NCBI GenBank assembly: GCA_950097015.1
Contig: CATNEN010000038.1
Location: forward strand, 9,858,001 to 9,922,000
Length of the DNA: 64,000 nt
Source of the DNA: Macrostomum hystrix
Lineage: Eukaryota > Animalia > Platyhelminthes
Direction of reading: 5' to 3'
Shown: positions 24,528 through 37,000 of the stretch, piece after piece
Layout of the letters: each line of letters begins with the position of its first letter
How positions within the stretch are numbered: the first letter of the stretch is position 1
Translations under genes and position numbers: made by a program
The notes under the pieces: model-generated
Databases searched by the model: none
The model's input: only the letters and a program-made list of their open reading frames with translations
Told to the model about the DNA's origin: nothing

Positions 24528-25789
24528 GAAACAAATGTGAAATTCATCTCGAGTTATATTTATATGTTTTCATGATCGCTGTATCACTATGACACAAAAA
24601 CAAAAACCAATGAAAATCTTAATACTTGCTACAAATTGGTCAGGTCAGTCAGAAAGATAGTTGATATGGAATCATTGGTGTACCGGCCCAACAAGGATGC
24701 ATACAGGCTGTACAGCACGCATGTCCCCTACCCAGAGAAGGAAGATACCTATACCTGCGGAGCTGAGAAGACTCACAGTAGGTCCTCTACTTGGTTTAAG
24801 AAGATGGAGAGTTGACAGAGATATTGGCAAAGTAGATAGCATAGACAACAAAGGCTTGAGAGTCAGCTGCAGTGCCAACCTTAGCTTCCTTAGCAACATG
24901 CACTTGTTTTATAACCTCAATAATTGAATTTCTCTTTAAATTTGCTTTGTTGCTATCCCAATACTTCACAGAAAAAAGAGTACCTATTTTTTCGAATTTA
25001 TTTTTTGTTACTTACTTTTAGAATATATATGTTGTCTTTTTGGAACAAAAATTATTATTGTTATTTTGAAAAAAAAACTTGTATCAGCACCCATTTTTAT
25101 ATGTGCATCCTGATAAAAAATTATAATAAAAGTGAAGCACAACTTTGCCCACAACAGAAGATGAGCAAGGAGAGGCATGGAATGAACCTGGGTCACGGCT
25201 GGGTGTTGGATAAAGAGGTGATCCTACTGAACTAATGCCTCAAAGTCGACCAGGACAAATGGATAGCAGACCAGACAACTTGTGCTGTTGTGCCAACATT
25301 AGAAAAATTCCACAATGTGACCAACCTGGAGCTGCTAATGCAGGACAAGTTCCAATGACATGCCAATAACCATATGACATGCCATAATAGGACTTAGAAT
25401 CAAGACTAGCTTAGAAATCAAGTAAAACTGACTGGTAGGCTTTAGGAGTCAACTGAGACAAGTAGCCTTAGTTAGCAAGGTAGAAAGGCAAGTTGATTCT
25501 TAAAGAGAAAACAATTTCTCTTTGACAGACAACAATTCTTAGGACTAAAATGTTGTCCTTGTTTGTATCACAGGATGATACCAGATGGGCATAGATAGGC
25601 CCCTAAACAAATCAAAGAAATTGTCTGCTGCTAAGACCACAAGCTCTGGCATGCAGACAAAGGTAAAACCATCAAAGCAGCAAAAAATCATACAGAAGAT
25701 GAATCTATACTAGGCATATAAAGGTTATAATGTATTATTCAAATTTTGAATAACTGAAACCCAAACCAAACATGAACAGTTTATTCAAA

Positions 25790-27064
25790 GAATCCGGTCC
25801 ATTTCGGCGACAAGTCATTTTGGCGACAACCATTTTGGCGACAAGTCATTTCGGCGACAACCACTTCGGCGACAAACATCGAAACCGCAGTAATAATGGA
25901 TCTGATAGTGTTTGCTTATTGAGTATGTAATGTATTTGATTGTTCTACTTGTTAATGTATTCCTGTTATAGTATTTGTTTTAACATGTAATATAAATAGC
26001 GAGTTTGGATCAGTTTGGTCCGCGCTCTATGTGTGTCAACCTCACCTGTCTTACTTATAAGTAGCATTGTTTGCCGTCACCAATATTTTATAACTAACAT
26101 GTTCGTTATCTACTTTGTTATTCTACACAGGTAGAAGTGCTGTTGCGACTTTCGTCTCTGCCTTCTGTCCTCTATTCACTCTTTTGTTCTCTGCACTTTT
26201 CTTGTTTACATCGTCCAGTTCAGTCTAGTTCTTTCTCTCTCGTTATCTCTGCGGCTGATCTCTCATTCTCTATCTAGCGTGGTTGTGCCTTTCATTTCAC
26301 CCAGGCTATCTACCGCCGCATCCTCACCACTGGCCTCGCACCAGCGTACTCGACGGCATGCAGACATTCTGCCAACAACTCATGGCATTGCCATTTCTGC
26401 CTGGCAACAGAATCGCGAATGCCTTCTACACACTGCGGAGCACGGTCACCGATGTTGAACTGAATGGCCTCTGTGACTACGTCCAGGGCGCGTGGATCTG
26501 CGGCTCCAGCTGGCGAGTGCAGGAGCTCTCAGTCTATCGGCTAGCCATTAGAACAAACAATGATACTGAGGGCTGGCACAACAAGCTACAGTGCCGTGCT
26601 ATGAGGGCTAATGTGCAGTTCTACTTGCTGCTGAAGCTGCTGCACCAGGAGGCCCGCCAGGTTGAGATCGATGCAGCGCTACTTAGCCAGGGTGCCACTC
26701 GTCGGGACGCACGGCCAGCAGTGCATGCAAGGCAGGAGGCCTACTTCCGTCTCTGGGCGGAGTATGAGGCCAGCACCAGGACTTTAGAGAGACTTCTGCT
26801 CACTTGCAGCCGCATGAATGCCCCTGTGGGACAGTAAGGTCTTTTACTTTTAATCGAACTTATAGATCTAATCGAGATCACAGTGCATTTGTTGCTGATT
26901 TGTTCCGCGCTTCTGCCGATTTGATGGATTTGTGACTTCTTTTATTCGATTTAAATAAAAGTAAAAAAATATATAAATAAAATAAATTTGTTCCACGGCT
27001 TCAAAAGTTTTGTCGCAGAAATGGTTGTCGCCGAAATGGTATGTCACCGAAATGGACTGTTTCC
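25790..27064 (+). mobile_element. Mutator-like (MULE) DNA transposon deletion derivative
   Basis: Inverted termini with tandem subterminal cattt(c/t)ggcgacaa repeats; TATTCAAA duplicated at 25782-25789 and 27065-27072; internal ORF is a MULE transposase C-terminus. Confidence 0.85.
26283..26837 (+). pseudogene. MULE transposase C-terminal fragment
   Basis: MALPFLP...YVQGAWI...WRVQELSVY...RTNNDTEGWHNKL; the N-terminal catalytic Asp region is missing. Confidence 0.8.
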
Positions 27065-27886
27065 TATTCAAACATGCAATTAACATAAAATATAGTAAAT
27101 TGGCTAGCTAGTACAATACCTAAAATAACATTTATGTCTCCAAAAGGACTTGTCAACAAAAAGACCATTTTTACCTAAATGTCTTGTTCACTTCACTGAA
27201 ACAACTGGCACCATAAAATAGGCCTAGGGCCTAATTATTTGGTAAATTGAGTACATGTGTTGCCAGATGTAGGCCTACTGCAAAATACTTGGCGAAGTCT
27301 CAAGCTGCTAGGCTAGCTACCCAGTCTACTATTTAGTTAGCTGTGTTTTCATTAGCTATATAGCTAGTCACAAACATAAATATATCAATTGAGCATTGCA
27401 GCCTTTAAGAAGTTTTTTAAAATAAGTTTATAGGTCAAAGTATGTTTTTTATTTGATAGCAACTAATTCTTCAAAAAGAAATTCACTAGCTAGGGCCCAA
27501 AACTTACATATAAAAAATAAAGAAACATAATAAAGATAACGAACTAAATTTTAAAAGAGTATAATTCATTATGACTATTTTTTTCTTGCTAAGTTAATTG
27601 TATCGCGTAGGATTTCGTAGAAAAACAATCCACTTTGTACTCGTATATAATTACCGCAACTGTCACGATCGGGAGGTCGTTGCGAGGCGAATATATAAAC
27701 TGTATATATGTTAATGAAAACTTAGCACCAATGATAACTAAATTTTAGTGCAACTGAATATTTGATTTACAATTTATTTGAAATACATCATAATTAATTC
27801 TATGTGTCCAATTCTTGACTAGGTTTTTCCGAAGCCATAGGCTTAGTGAATAGGCCAATATATATTCCTTCATAGGCCAGTGACTA

Positions 27887-28940
27887 TCTGCTACTTTCTT
27901 TAGTGTGTGTGTGCAATAAAATGTACATGCCCAATAACTGGGGCAGGAGCAGTTTAATAGTTACCTCGAAAATAACTATCGATAAAACTATATAAAATTG
28001 ATTTCTATTAGAGCGACGTAGACGTGGGTCTAAAAAGCACAGCAAGTTGCAAACTGAAACAGATTTATGATAATGACACAAGACTGCTTACTATAGTTTA
28101 ATTTTCTAAATATTTCACATCAATTGCATGGTGGCTTCTAGTTCAAGGAGAATTGGAAAATAAGAGCAATTGATTTTTTATTTTGCCGATTGCGTGATGC
28201 AGGATACCAATCGAATTTAGAATTCTGCCTCTGAACTGCGTCCTGGGAGAGTCACACGCAAGCAAGCTTGTTTCACTTGGCAATCGGTGGCCTTCGCATT
28301 CCGCAAACACGGATGAGCACTGCCTGTAGCTCACCCGAATTTAAATAAATTAACGAAAACGTACTAGCAATTGAAACTACTGAGTAGCACTGATGACTAC
28401 TGAGTAGTAAGAATGTATATTACAATTCCCTCAACAATTCCATTATGATGACATTGCCTATGTGTATGAAGATGAGTATATTAAATAAATAAAAATATAT
28501 ATCGGATGCACAAATAGCTCAGGTGTATACAGATAGAGGCTAAGCAAGGTAAAACATCAGTGTATTAGACAGTAATGTTATTCAAGATAAGTAAAACAGA
28601 ATTCAGGCATTGCAAGAATAAATGGCTAATTAGGACAGGCTGGGGCAAGCAAACAAGAAAAATGTGACAACAATTCCCCTAGTTATCGTACTCATCAACA
28701 GTAGGCAATAAACTATTTGCATACTAGCAGTAAATGAGTAGCACTGATATTTCTCAAGAGTGCTCAAGTTGAAGATCAGCAAATTAGGTTATAAAAGCAA
28801 ATTTATTTAACAATGAGTTCTAGGAAAAAATGACAAAGCCAGCATAAGAAGTCTTTGTTATTTGAAAATATAATACACCACCAAGCTAAATAGGGCGTTT
28901 GTACATTTTATTGCACACACACACTAAAGAAAGTAGCAGA
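27887..28940. mobile_element. Non-autonomous TIR element (~1.05 kb), TA-flanked
   Basis: 41-bp perfect inverted repeats (tctgctactttctttagtgtgtgtgtgcaataaaatgtaca), TA on both outer sides, no coding capacity. Confidence 0.7.
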
Positions 28941-29619
28941 TAAATGAGCTCCTATTGCAACTGGGCATGCAAGACGCATGCTCTAATCCATTATTGAGTT
29001 TGTTAGAGCATGAAAACAAGTTAGCGGTGTAACAACATTCTGGCTAACTGTGGACAGTAGTATTCAGTAGTATGTATTGCGCGCGTTGGAAAGACACAAC
29101 AGAGAAAAAACATACTTAGGGAGATTGTCCGATGGGGTCTATAGTGGGGTTGGGTAGATACTGAAACTTTCCGAAGCCTCAAAGTTAAAAGTCGAAATAG
29201 TTGAAAATAGAGAATTTCTGCTGTAGGCGGTGTAAAAAAGCAACAATAAATTTCTAATAAATTAAAAATTCTAAGTTACGAGCGTAATTAGGTTCGATCG
29301 AGCTATCAGGCCGGCATGCAGCGAAATAATACGCATTGTGTAGGCGGGGCATCGCAACGCAACGATGTTAAAGGTGAGACTCTGGTTGCTAGACAAAAAC
29401 ATGAAGAAAAATGATTAAAAAATAACTATCAAAGACGTCGCCGCCAACGCAGACAAAAGCAAGCAAAAAGGCAGCAACATAACACACAAAGGTAAGCAAC
29501 TAAAAGTGTAAGCTAAGGAAATACGAGAGTATAAATGTTAGACCAGAGTAAAAAACTCATATTGCTACCCAATGCACACTTAGAAATCGACAGTACACTA
29601 AAACCATTCAAATATTAGT

Positions 29620-30420
29620 CCGAAGGAGGAGTTTCACCAGAGAAGCTAAGTTCTAGTCATGACTTCCACGGAAGGAGGAGTTTCACCGAGCAGCCATCAG
29701 GCTGCCTTGAGTTCTATTCATGACTTCCACCGAAGGAGGAGTTTCACCGAGCAGCCATCAGGCTGCCTTGAGTTCTATCCATGACTTCCACCGAAGGAGG
29801 AGTTTCACTGTGCAGCCATCAGGCTGCCTTGAGTTCTATCCATGACTTCAACCGAAGGAGGAGTTTCACTGTGCAGCCATCAGGCTGCCTTGAGTTCTAT
29901 CCATGACTTCCACCGAAGGAGGAGTTTCACTGAGCAGCCATCAGGCTGCCTTGAGTTCTAGTCATGACTTCCACGGAAGGAGGAGGAGTTTCACTGAGCA
30001 GCCATCAGGCTGCCTTGAGTTCTATTCATGACTTCCACCGAAGGAGGAGTTTCACCGAGCAGCCATCAGGCTGCCTTGAGTTCTATTCATGACTTCCACC
30101 GAAGGAGGAGTTTCACCGAGCAGCCATCAGGCTGCCTTGAGTTCTATTCATGACTTCCACCGAAGGAGGAGTTTCACCGAGCAGCCATCAGGCTGCCTTG
30201 AGTTCTATCCATGACTTCCACCGAAGGAGGAGTTTCACTGTGCAGCCATCAGGCTGCCTTGAGTTCTATCCATGACTTCCACCGAAGGAGGAGTTTCACT
30301 GAGCAGCCATCAGGCTGCCTTGAGTTCTAGTCATGATTTCCACCGAAGGAGGAGTTTCACTGAGCAGCCATCAGGCTGCCTTGAGTTCTAGTCATGATTT
30401 CCCACTAAATGAGGAGTTTG
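29620..30420. repeat. 61-nt tandem repeat with one hairpin per unit, downstream of the Trio stop
   Basis: Unit ccgaaggaggagtttcaccgagcagccatcaggctgccttgagttctattcatgacttcca, ~13 copies. Confidence 0.95.
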
Positions 30421-30908
30421 ATCCGCACTGATATTCAATCGAGGAGACAATCATAAGGGAGGCTAGAACTAAAAACAAAAATCCCAATAAGGGGAGGAAA
30501 CGAAAACACAACAAAAATACGGGAGCATTCTCGTGTAGAAATGCTCACTAACATAAAAAAGGACTCACAAATTACCGGGCAAAATATGATTGAGAGGTGA
30601 ATAAAAAAGATCGCTGTTTTTGACATTCACACAAAAATTACACGGAAGCGAATAAACAGTGCTAACGGTGCGTTGTGCTTCTAAAAATGAGACAAAAAAG
30701 ATAACAAGCATCTGTAGGGTTGAAGACTGGATGATTTCCCGAGTTCATAATTTGTAACACAATTCTTGACACTATTTTTCGAGGTTCTGCATTCTTTAAA
30801 ATGTTGATTCGGTTTTCAAATAAACAAATAGGATCAGCATTATTCGACAAGGAAAAAAAAATAAAGTTAGTCTCCTATATATTTGAAATGATGAGCAGCA
30901 GCCACTGC

Positions 30909-31079
30909 CTAGCCAGGATTGAGCTTCGACTCGGACTTGCTTTTGCTCTTTTTGTTAGTGAAGAAGCTTTGCAGGCCAGGAAAATTGATGCCGGAGGACT
31001 TTTTCTTTGCGAGACCGCCAGGCGTGACGACATAACCGCCAGCGTCACCCGCTGCCTCCGAAGGGTACTTCTTCAGCTC
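30909..31079 (-). CDS. trio: Trio terminal exon (Lys/Ser-rich tail)
   Basis: cccag|ELKKYPSEAAG...KKSKSKSESKLNPG*. Confidence 0.7.
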   Translation of the reverse strand, partial: ELKKYPSEAAGDAGGYVVTPGGLAKKKSSGINFPGLQSFFTNKKSKSKSESKLNPG

Positions 31080-34000
31080 CTGGGTGAGGCGAGGTGCGAG
31101 TTGAGATAAAATAAACAATATAAAAATGAGAAAATGTGACTCAAAAATAAGGCGCTGCTCACCTTGGTGCCAGAGCGAGACATTCGCGTCGGCGAGACGT
31201 CGAACTCGCAGCCTGCGGCTGCAGCTGCCGCAATCAGCTGCGACTGCGGCGGCGGTACAATCGCTGCAGCCGCGGCGGCGCTGGGGCAGGAGGACTTGCG
31301 CTGCTGCTGCTGCTGCTGCAGACCGTTGCTACGCTGAGCCTTCGAGGCGCTGCTGCCGAAGACCAGCTTAGAAGTGGCAGTTCTGAAATATTAATAACGG
31401 TTTATGCCTTAATTAATCTGCCATTTTAATTGTTTATGCCTTAATTGGTAGCATCAACTGCTATCAAATCTACTAACCTGACATCTACTTTCCTATCTTC
31501 CATCGACTCTTTTAATCTACCATCTACTCTCCTAATCTGCGTCTACTCTCATAATCTGCCATCTACTCTCCTAATCTACCATCTACTCGCCTAATCTGCA
31601 TCTACTCTCCTAATCTGCATCTACTCTCCTAATCTGCCATCTACTCTCCTCATCTGCATCTACTCTCCTAATCTGCCATCTACTCTCCTAATCTGCATCT
31701 ACTCTCCTAATCTGCATCTACTCTCCTAATCTGCATCTACTCTCCTAATCTACATCTACTCTCCTAATCTGCATCTACTCTCCTAATCTGCCATCTACTC
31801 TCCTAATCTGCCATCTACTCTCCTAATCTGCCATCTACTCTCCTAATCTGCCATCTAACTCTCCTAATCTGCATCTACTCTCCTAATCTGCCATCTACTC
31901 TCCTAATCTGCCATCTATTCTCCTAATCTGCCATCTACTCTCCTAATCAGTTGTCTACTCACCTAATTAGCTATGCAATTTCCTAATTCTGCACTAATTT
32001 TTATCTGTGACATTAAAATCTGATTCAAAAGTGCGGCATTTTCTGAAAGAGGAAGCCCAATATTTTATGAAGTTTAATTCCTAATTTAATAGCCATTTCA
32101 AAACCAGAAAGCCATTTCTACTCTCTCAAAAGAAAAATGCAAGAAAGATTGACAGGCAAATTAATAAAGAAGTCATTAATAAAATAGTCCACCAACTAAG
32201 AAAATGAAGGCGACGAGAGGCCTCCGCGGACAAGAATGTCCTCACCTTAAAAATAGACAGCGATGAGATATGCTGTGACAGCCTGGAAGGAATTAATAAT
32301 TGGCCTGACGACAGAGCGGAACCCCGCCGGGGATCGGAATGTGATTAGGAGGCCGAGGTAAGGGTATGGGGATCAATTAGTGATGAGGAGAGGGATCGAG
32401 GCCAATGCACAGATAGCCAGATTGGATGCCAGTTAATATCATGGGAAGAATTTGTCACGGTAAGGTTAGTTGGCCACAGGAGAGATTAGGCAGAGCGGGC
32501 AGCAGCAGCAGCAGTAGCAGCAGCAGCAGCATGTGTGCGCCAGATCTAGGGCCTGCGCAAGCCCCTCAAGCCTCCTCTCTCGGCAGTATGAGCGCATTTT
32601 TCATCCTGATTGGGAGAGCTAGTTTTTACTATTGGGGAGGAAAATAATTCTTAGTAAATTGGCAGGCAATTTCAAGTCAGAATAAGATGGGATGGCCAAT
32701 GATATTTTATCTAATCTTATTTTGAAAATGAAAAAAGTCACCTGATAGACACATCTGTTAGTCACATGGTAACCTGTTAGACACATGGTAACCTGTTAGA
32801 CACAAGGTCGCCTGTTAGACACATGGTAACCTGTTAGACACATGGTAACCTGTTAGACACAAGGTGACCTGTTAGACACATGGTAACCTGTTAGACACAT
32901 GGTAACCTGTTAGACACATGGTAACCTGTTAGACACATGGTAACCTGTTAGACACAAGGTCGCCTGTTAGACACATGGTAACCTGTTAGACACATGGTAA
33001 CCTGTTAGACACAAGGTCGCCTGTTAGACACATGGCAACCTGTTAGACACATGGTAACCTGTTAGACACAAGGTCGCCTGTTAGACACATGGTAACCTGT
33101 TAGACACATGGTAAACTGTTAGACACAAGGTCGCCTGTTAGACACATGGTAACCTGTTAGACACATGGTAACCTGTTAGACACATGGTAACCTGTTAGAC
33201 ACATGGTAACCTGTTAGACACATGGTAACCTGTTAGACACATGGTAACCTGTTAGACACATGGTAACCTGTTAGACACAAGGTCGCCTGTTAGACACATG
33301 GTAACCTGTTAGACACATGGTAACCTGTTAGACACATGGTAACCTGTTAGACACATGGTAACCTGTTAGACACATGGTGACCTGTTAGACACATGGTGAC
33401 CTGTTAGACACATGGTGACCTGTTAGACACATGGTGACCTGTTAGACACATGTTCACCCATACATCTTTAATATCAAGCTCAAAGTCGGCTCACTTTTTC
33501 TTCCCCTTGGAGGCGCCGGCGGCCGAATTGTTTCCGACGAGTCCCGGCGCGGCGGCAGCGGCCGTCAACAAATTGTCGTCAAGAGCGTGCAAAGTCGCCG
33601 AAGCTGACGATGACGAGAAGTCCTGAAGAAAAGCTTCGCCGCCAGCGGCAGCCACCGGATTCTGCAGCAGCTTGAGAAAGTCGGCCTGCTGCTGCTGCAT
33701 GGAGGCCAGCTCCGTTACCCACTGCTGCCAGACAGCCGGGGAGCCGGCCTCGAACACGAATGTGGCCACGGCGCCCGGCGTCGCGTCGGTGATGGCGAAG
33801 AGAAGCTGGGCAGCAGCGGAGTCGCCGCCGCCGCTAGGTGGCGCCTGCTGCTGCTGCTGCTCGCCATCGGAGCTGCTGACGTAGACGGAGTGGAAGCGCA
33901 TGTTGTTGACCTTGACCTTGCCGCGGTACAGGTACACAGTCTGCAGCGCGGAGGCGTCAGTCAGCTGAAGGACGCTCTGCCGGCTAAATCGCTGCTGCAG

Positions 34001-37000
34001 GTTCGGCGTGCCGCCGCCGCCGGAGGACTTTGGCTCCGTGACCAGCATCATCTGGTCGAATAGGAACACCTTGCGCTGATCGAATCTCAGCTGGCTGGGG
34101 CTGGGATTGGCTGCCGGGTTGTACAGGTGGCCAGGCAGGTTGCACACTCCAAGCAGAGCCTTGCAGCGCATCTGGCCCAGAGCGGTGACCCTAATGCCCG
34201 GCTCCAGGTTGTCAATCCGCGAGGCCTCCATAATGCTCTCGGTCTTCAGCGGCAGGTCCCGCATCAGGCGGTGCATCCGCTCCCATGCGGCCATGGAGGG
34301 CCCAGTCAGGCCGTCCTTGCGGGCCTTGTCAACTATGACGCTGACTAGCAGGCTGTAGCGCATGCAGCGCTGCACGGGACTCATGAGGTGCGAGTTCATG
34401 TCCTCCTTGTCGCGGAGGGACAGCCTGGCCTGCTCAAAGTAGTCCCTGTGCTGCTCGCAGGCGATGTGCTGCGCCTTGCGATGATTCTCGCAATACTTCG
34501 AGTACCAGCTGGTGAGGTGGCGCTCCTTGGCAATGAAGGCGCCGGCCACGCTGTCCATGCCGGTGTTGTCGAAGGCCTGCCTGACCCGGGCCAGCAGCTC
34601 GCGGTGACCGTCCAGCAGGCGCAGCCAGTTGCCCCAGACCAGGCGCCATTTTTCGCGCAAATCGGCCGGCGGTGGCGGCAGCTGCTGCTGCTGTTGCTGA
34701 TCCAGGGCCGGAGCGTCCTTCAGCGGAATGTAGTGGGTGGCCACGTACTGCAGCTTCTTCACGTAGCTCTCCTCCGAGTCAATCAGCTCTAAGATGGCGT
34801 GCCGCCGGCGCTCGCTTCCCGCGGTGGCAGTTTCCACAGCGGCCGCTGACTGTTCGTCACCGTCTCGCCGTCCGTCTCCATCGCCGCTGCCGCTGCCACT
34901 GAAGCTTCCGTCGTCTCCACCGTAGCCGTTCACTTTTTCCTGTTCATTGCCGGCGAGATCTACGTTATTTTGGCTGGCACTGTCGTTCCCACTGGCGCTG
35001 CCGGCCCCGCTGACTGTGTCAGCATCCAGAGGCTCCGCAGGACCGCCGCTTCCGCCTCCGCTGCTCTTGCCACGATCCGACGATCTGGTTGCCGGCGGTG
35101 GCGGAGTTTCCGACGAACAGGACGAGCAGTCGCCATTGTTGCCTGCAGGCCCGCCGCCGCCGCTGGTGCCACCGGCTCCGCCACCGCGCCGGCCGTCACA
35201 GTCAGAGTCATCGCACTCGGTCTCTCCCTCATCTTCTTCCTCTTCCTCGGCCGCTCCGTCCTCGTCTTCCTCCACGAGGTCCTGGTAGCAGCGGCCCTCC
35301 ACAATGGCCTGACCCAGGTCCGTCTCCGTGTCATCGGCTTCGTTATCCAGTGCGGGCAGATCCTGGAGAGCCTCCATCGGTGGTGGCAGCTCCAGCTCCA
35401 CGGACTCTTCGCTGACGTTGTCAAGTAGGGCTTCCTTGACAGCCAGCTGCTGCGCCGTCTGCTGTTGAGCAGTCGGAGCGGAAGCAGCCTGCTGTTGCTG
35501 AGGCAGTGCCGGCTGCTGCTGCAGCTGCTGGGCCTTTTGAGCGGCCGCCAGCTTCTTGGGCAGGGCGGCGGCCACTTCCAATAGTTCGGACTTGGAAGAA
35601 CGCCGAAACGGCTTCTTAGTCTTGGGCAGCCACTTGCGAAACGATGTGCGAGATTGCTGCTGCTGCTGCTGCTGCCGCGGCTGTTGTTGAGTCTTGCGCA
35701 GGATGCTAGCAGGCAGTTGACCTTCAGTATTATCGCCAAGAAGCCGGACTGCAGCCATCTCGTTCGGCAGGAGTTCAATGAGCTCGCAGAGCTGTCCGGC
35801 CGACACTGAGATCTCGCCGGGCCTGGCCGCCTGGTAGTCCTCTTGCACCGCGCACTCCACAGGCGCACCCATGCTGCTGTCCGAGGACTTGCTGCCAGTG
35901 GACAGCGAGTTGCGCGGGTAGAGAGTCGGCATGCCGCAGAACTTATCCTGGATGGCCTCGCGCATTAGATTCACCCACTGCTGCTTGGTCTCGAGACAGT
36001 TGGCCTTCAGCGTGAAGCGGTACTCGTCCCGTATCGGAGCGCCGGCCGGCCACATGCCGAACTTGCACGGATCGCTGTCAACCTGCTCGGTTATGGAACA
36101 GTTGGACAGGGTGAATTTCTGCTTAAACTGGTAGCGGGTCTTCGTGCCGCTGACGTAGCCGCCTCCGCCGCCGCCGCTGTCGGAGTCACTGGCGGCCACC
36201 TCCTTGGCGAATACAATGCAGAGGTCGAATAGGAATACGTGGCGATCGCGACCCTTCCTGATCAGCTGTCGCGGCTCCCAGACAACGAAGGCGTCGTGCA
36301 GCAGGACGTCGCCGAAGCGGGCAAGACGATCGCCATCCGGTAGGCCGTCTAGCATGCTGAGATGTAAAGCGTCGTTGGCCTTCTTGGGCACGGCAATCAT
36401 AGCGTCCAGGCCCTCCTGGATTTCGCTGGTTGAGGCCGGCTCACAGTTATCCAGCAGGTCCTTCAGTAGCAGTTGGTATTTGGTGATGCGCTGAACAGGC
36501 TTGATCAGGTAGCTCTGTAGCGGCCCGTTGATGCTCAGGCGGGCCTGCACCTCCTCGAAGAAGCTGCCGGCCTGCATCAGCGAGTACATTTTAGTGTGGG
36601 TCATCATTAAACTCTACAATTGTCATTGTACCTTAAAATATCTGTTCAGGTCATTGTGGGGTCATATAAATCCTCACTGTGGGTCATCAAACTCTACAGT
36701 AGGCCATTGTTCGTCAACCCTATAGTAGGTCAATGTGGGTCAACCCTACAGTAGGTCATTGTGGGTCAACCCTACAGTAGGTCATTGTGGGTCAACCCTA
36801 CAGTAGGTCATTGTGGGTCAACCCTACAGTAGATCATTGTGGGTCAACCCTACAGTAGGTCATTGTGGGTCAACCCTACAGTGGGTCATTGTGGGTCATC
36901 TCTATAGTAGGTCATTGTGGGTCATCTCTACAGTAGGTTAATGTGGGTCACCCCTGAAGTAGGTCATTGTAGATCAAACATATCCCTACAGTAGGTCATA

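Noticed and set aside
29620-30420. CRISPR-like array (61-nt period with a hairpin)
   Set aside because: No unique spacers, no cas genes and a eukaryotic context; it is a plain tandem repeat.
33672-36494. Plus-strand and alternative-frame ORFs over Trio (similar shadows lie over FGGY and SART1)
   Set aside because: Shadow ORFs of GC-rich coding sequence.
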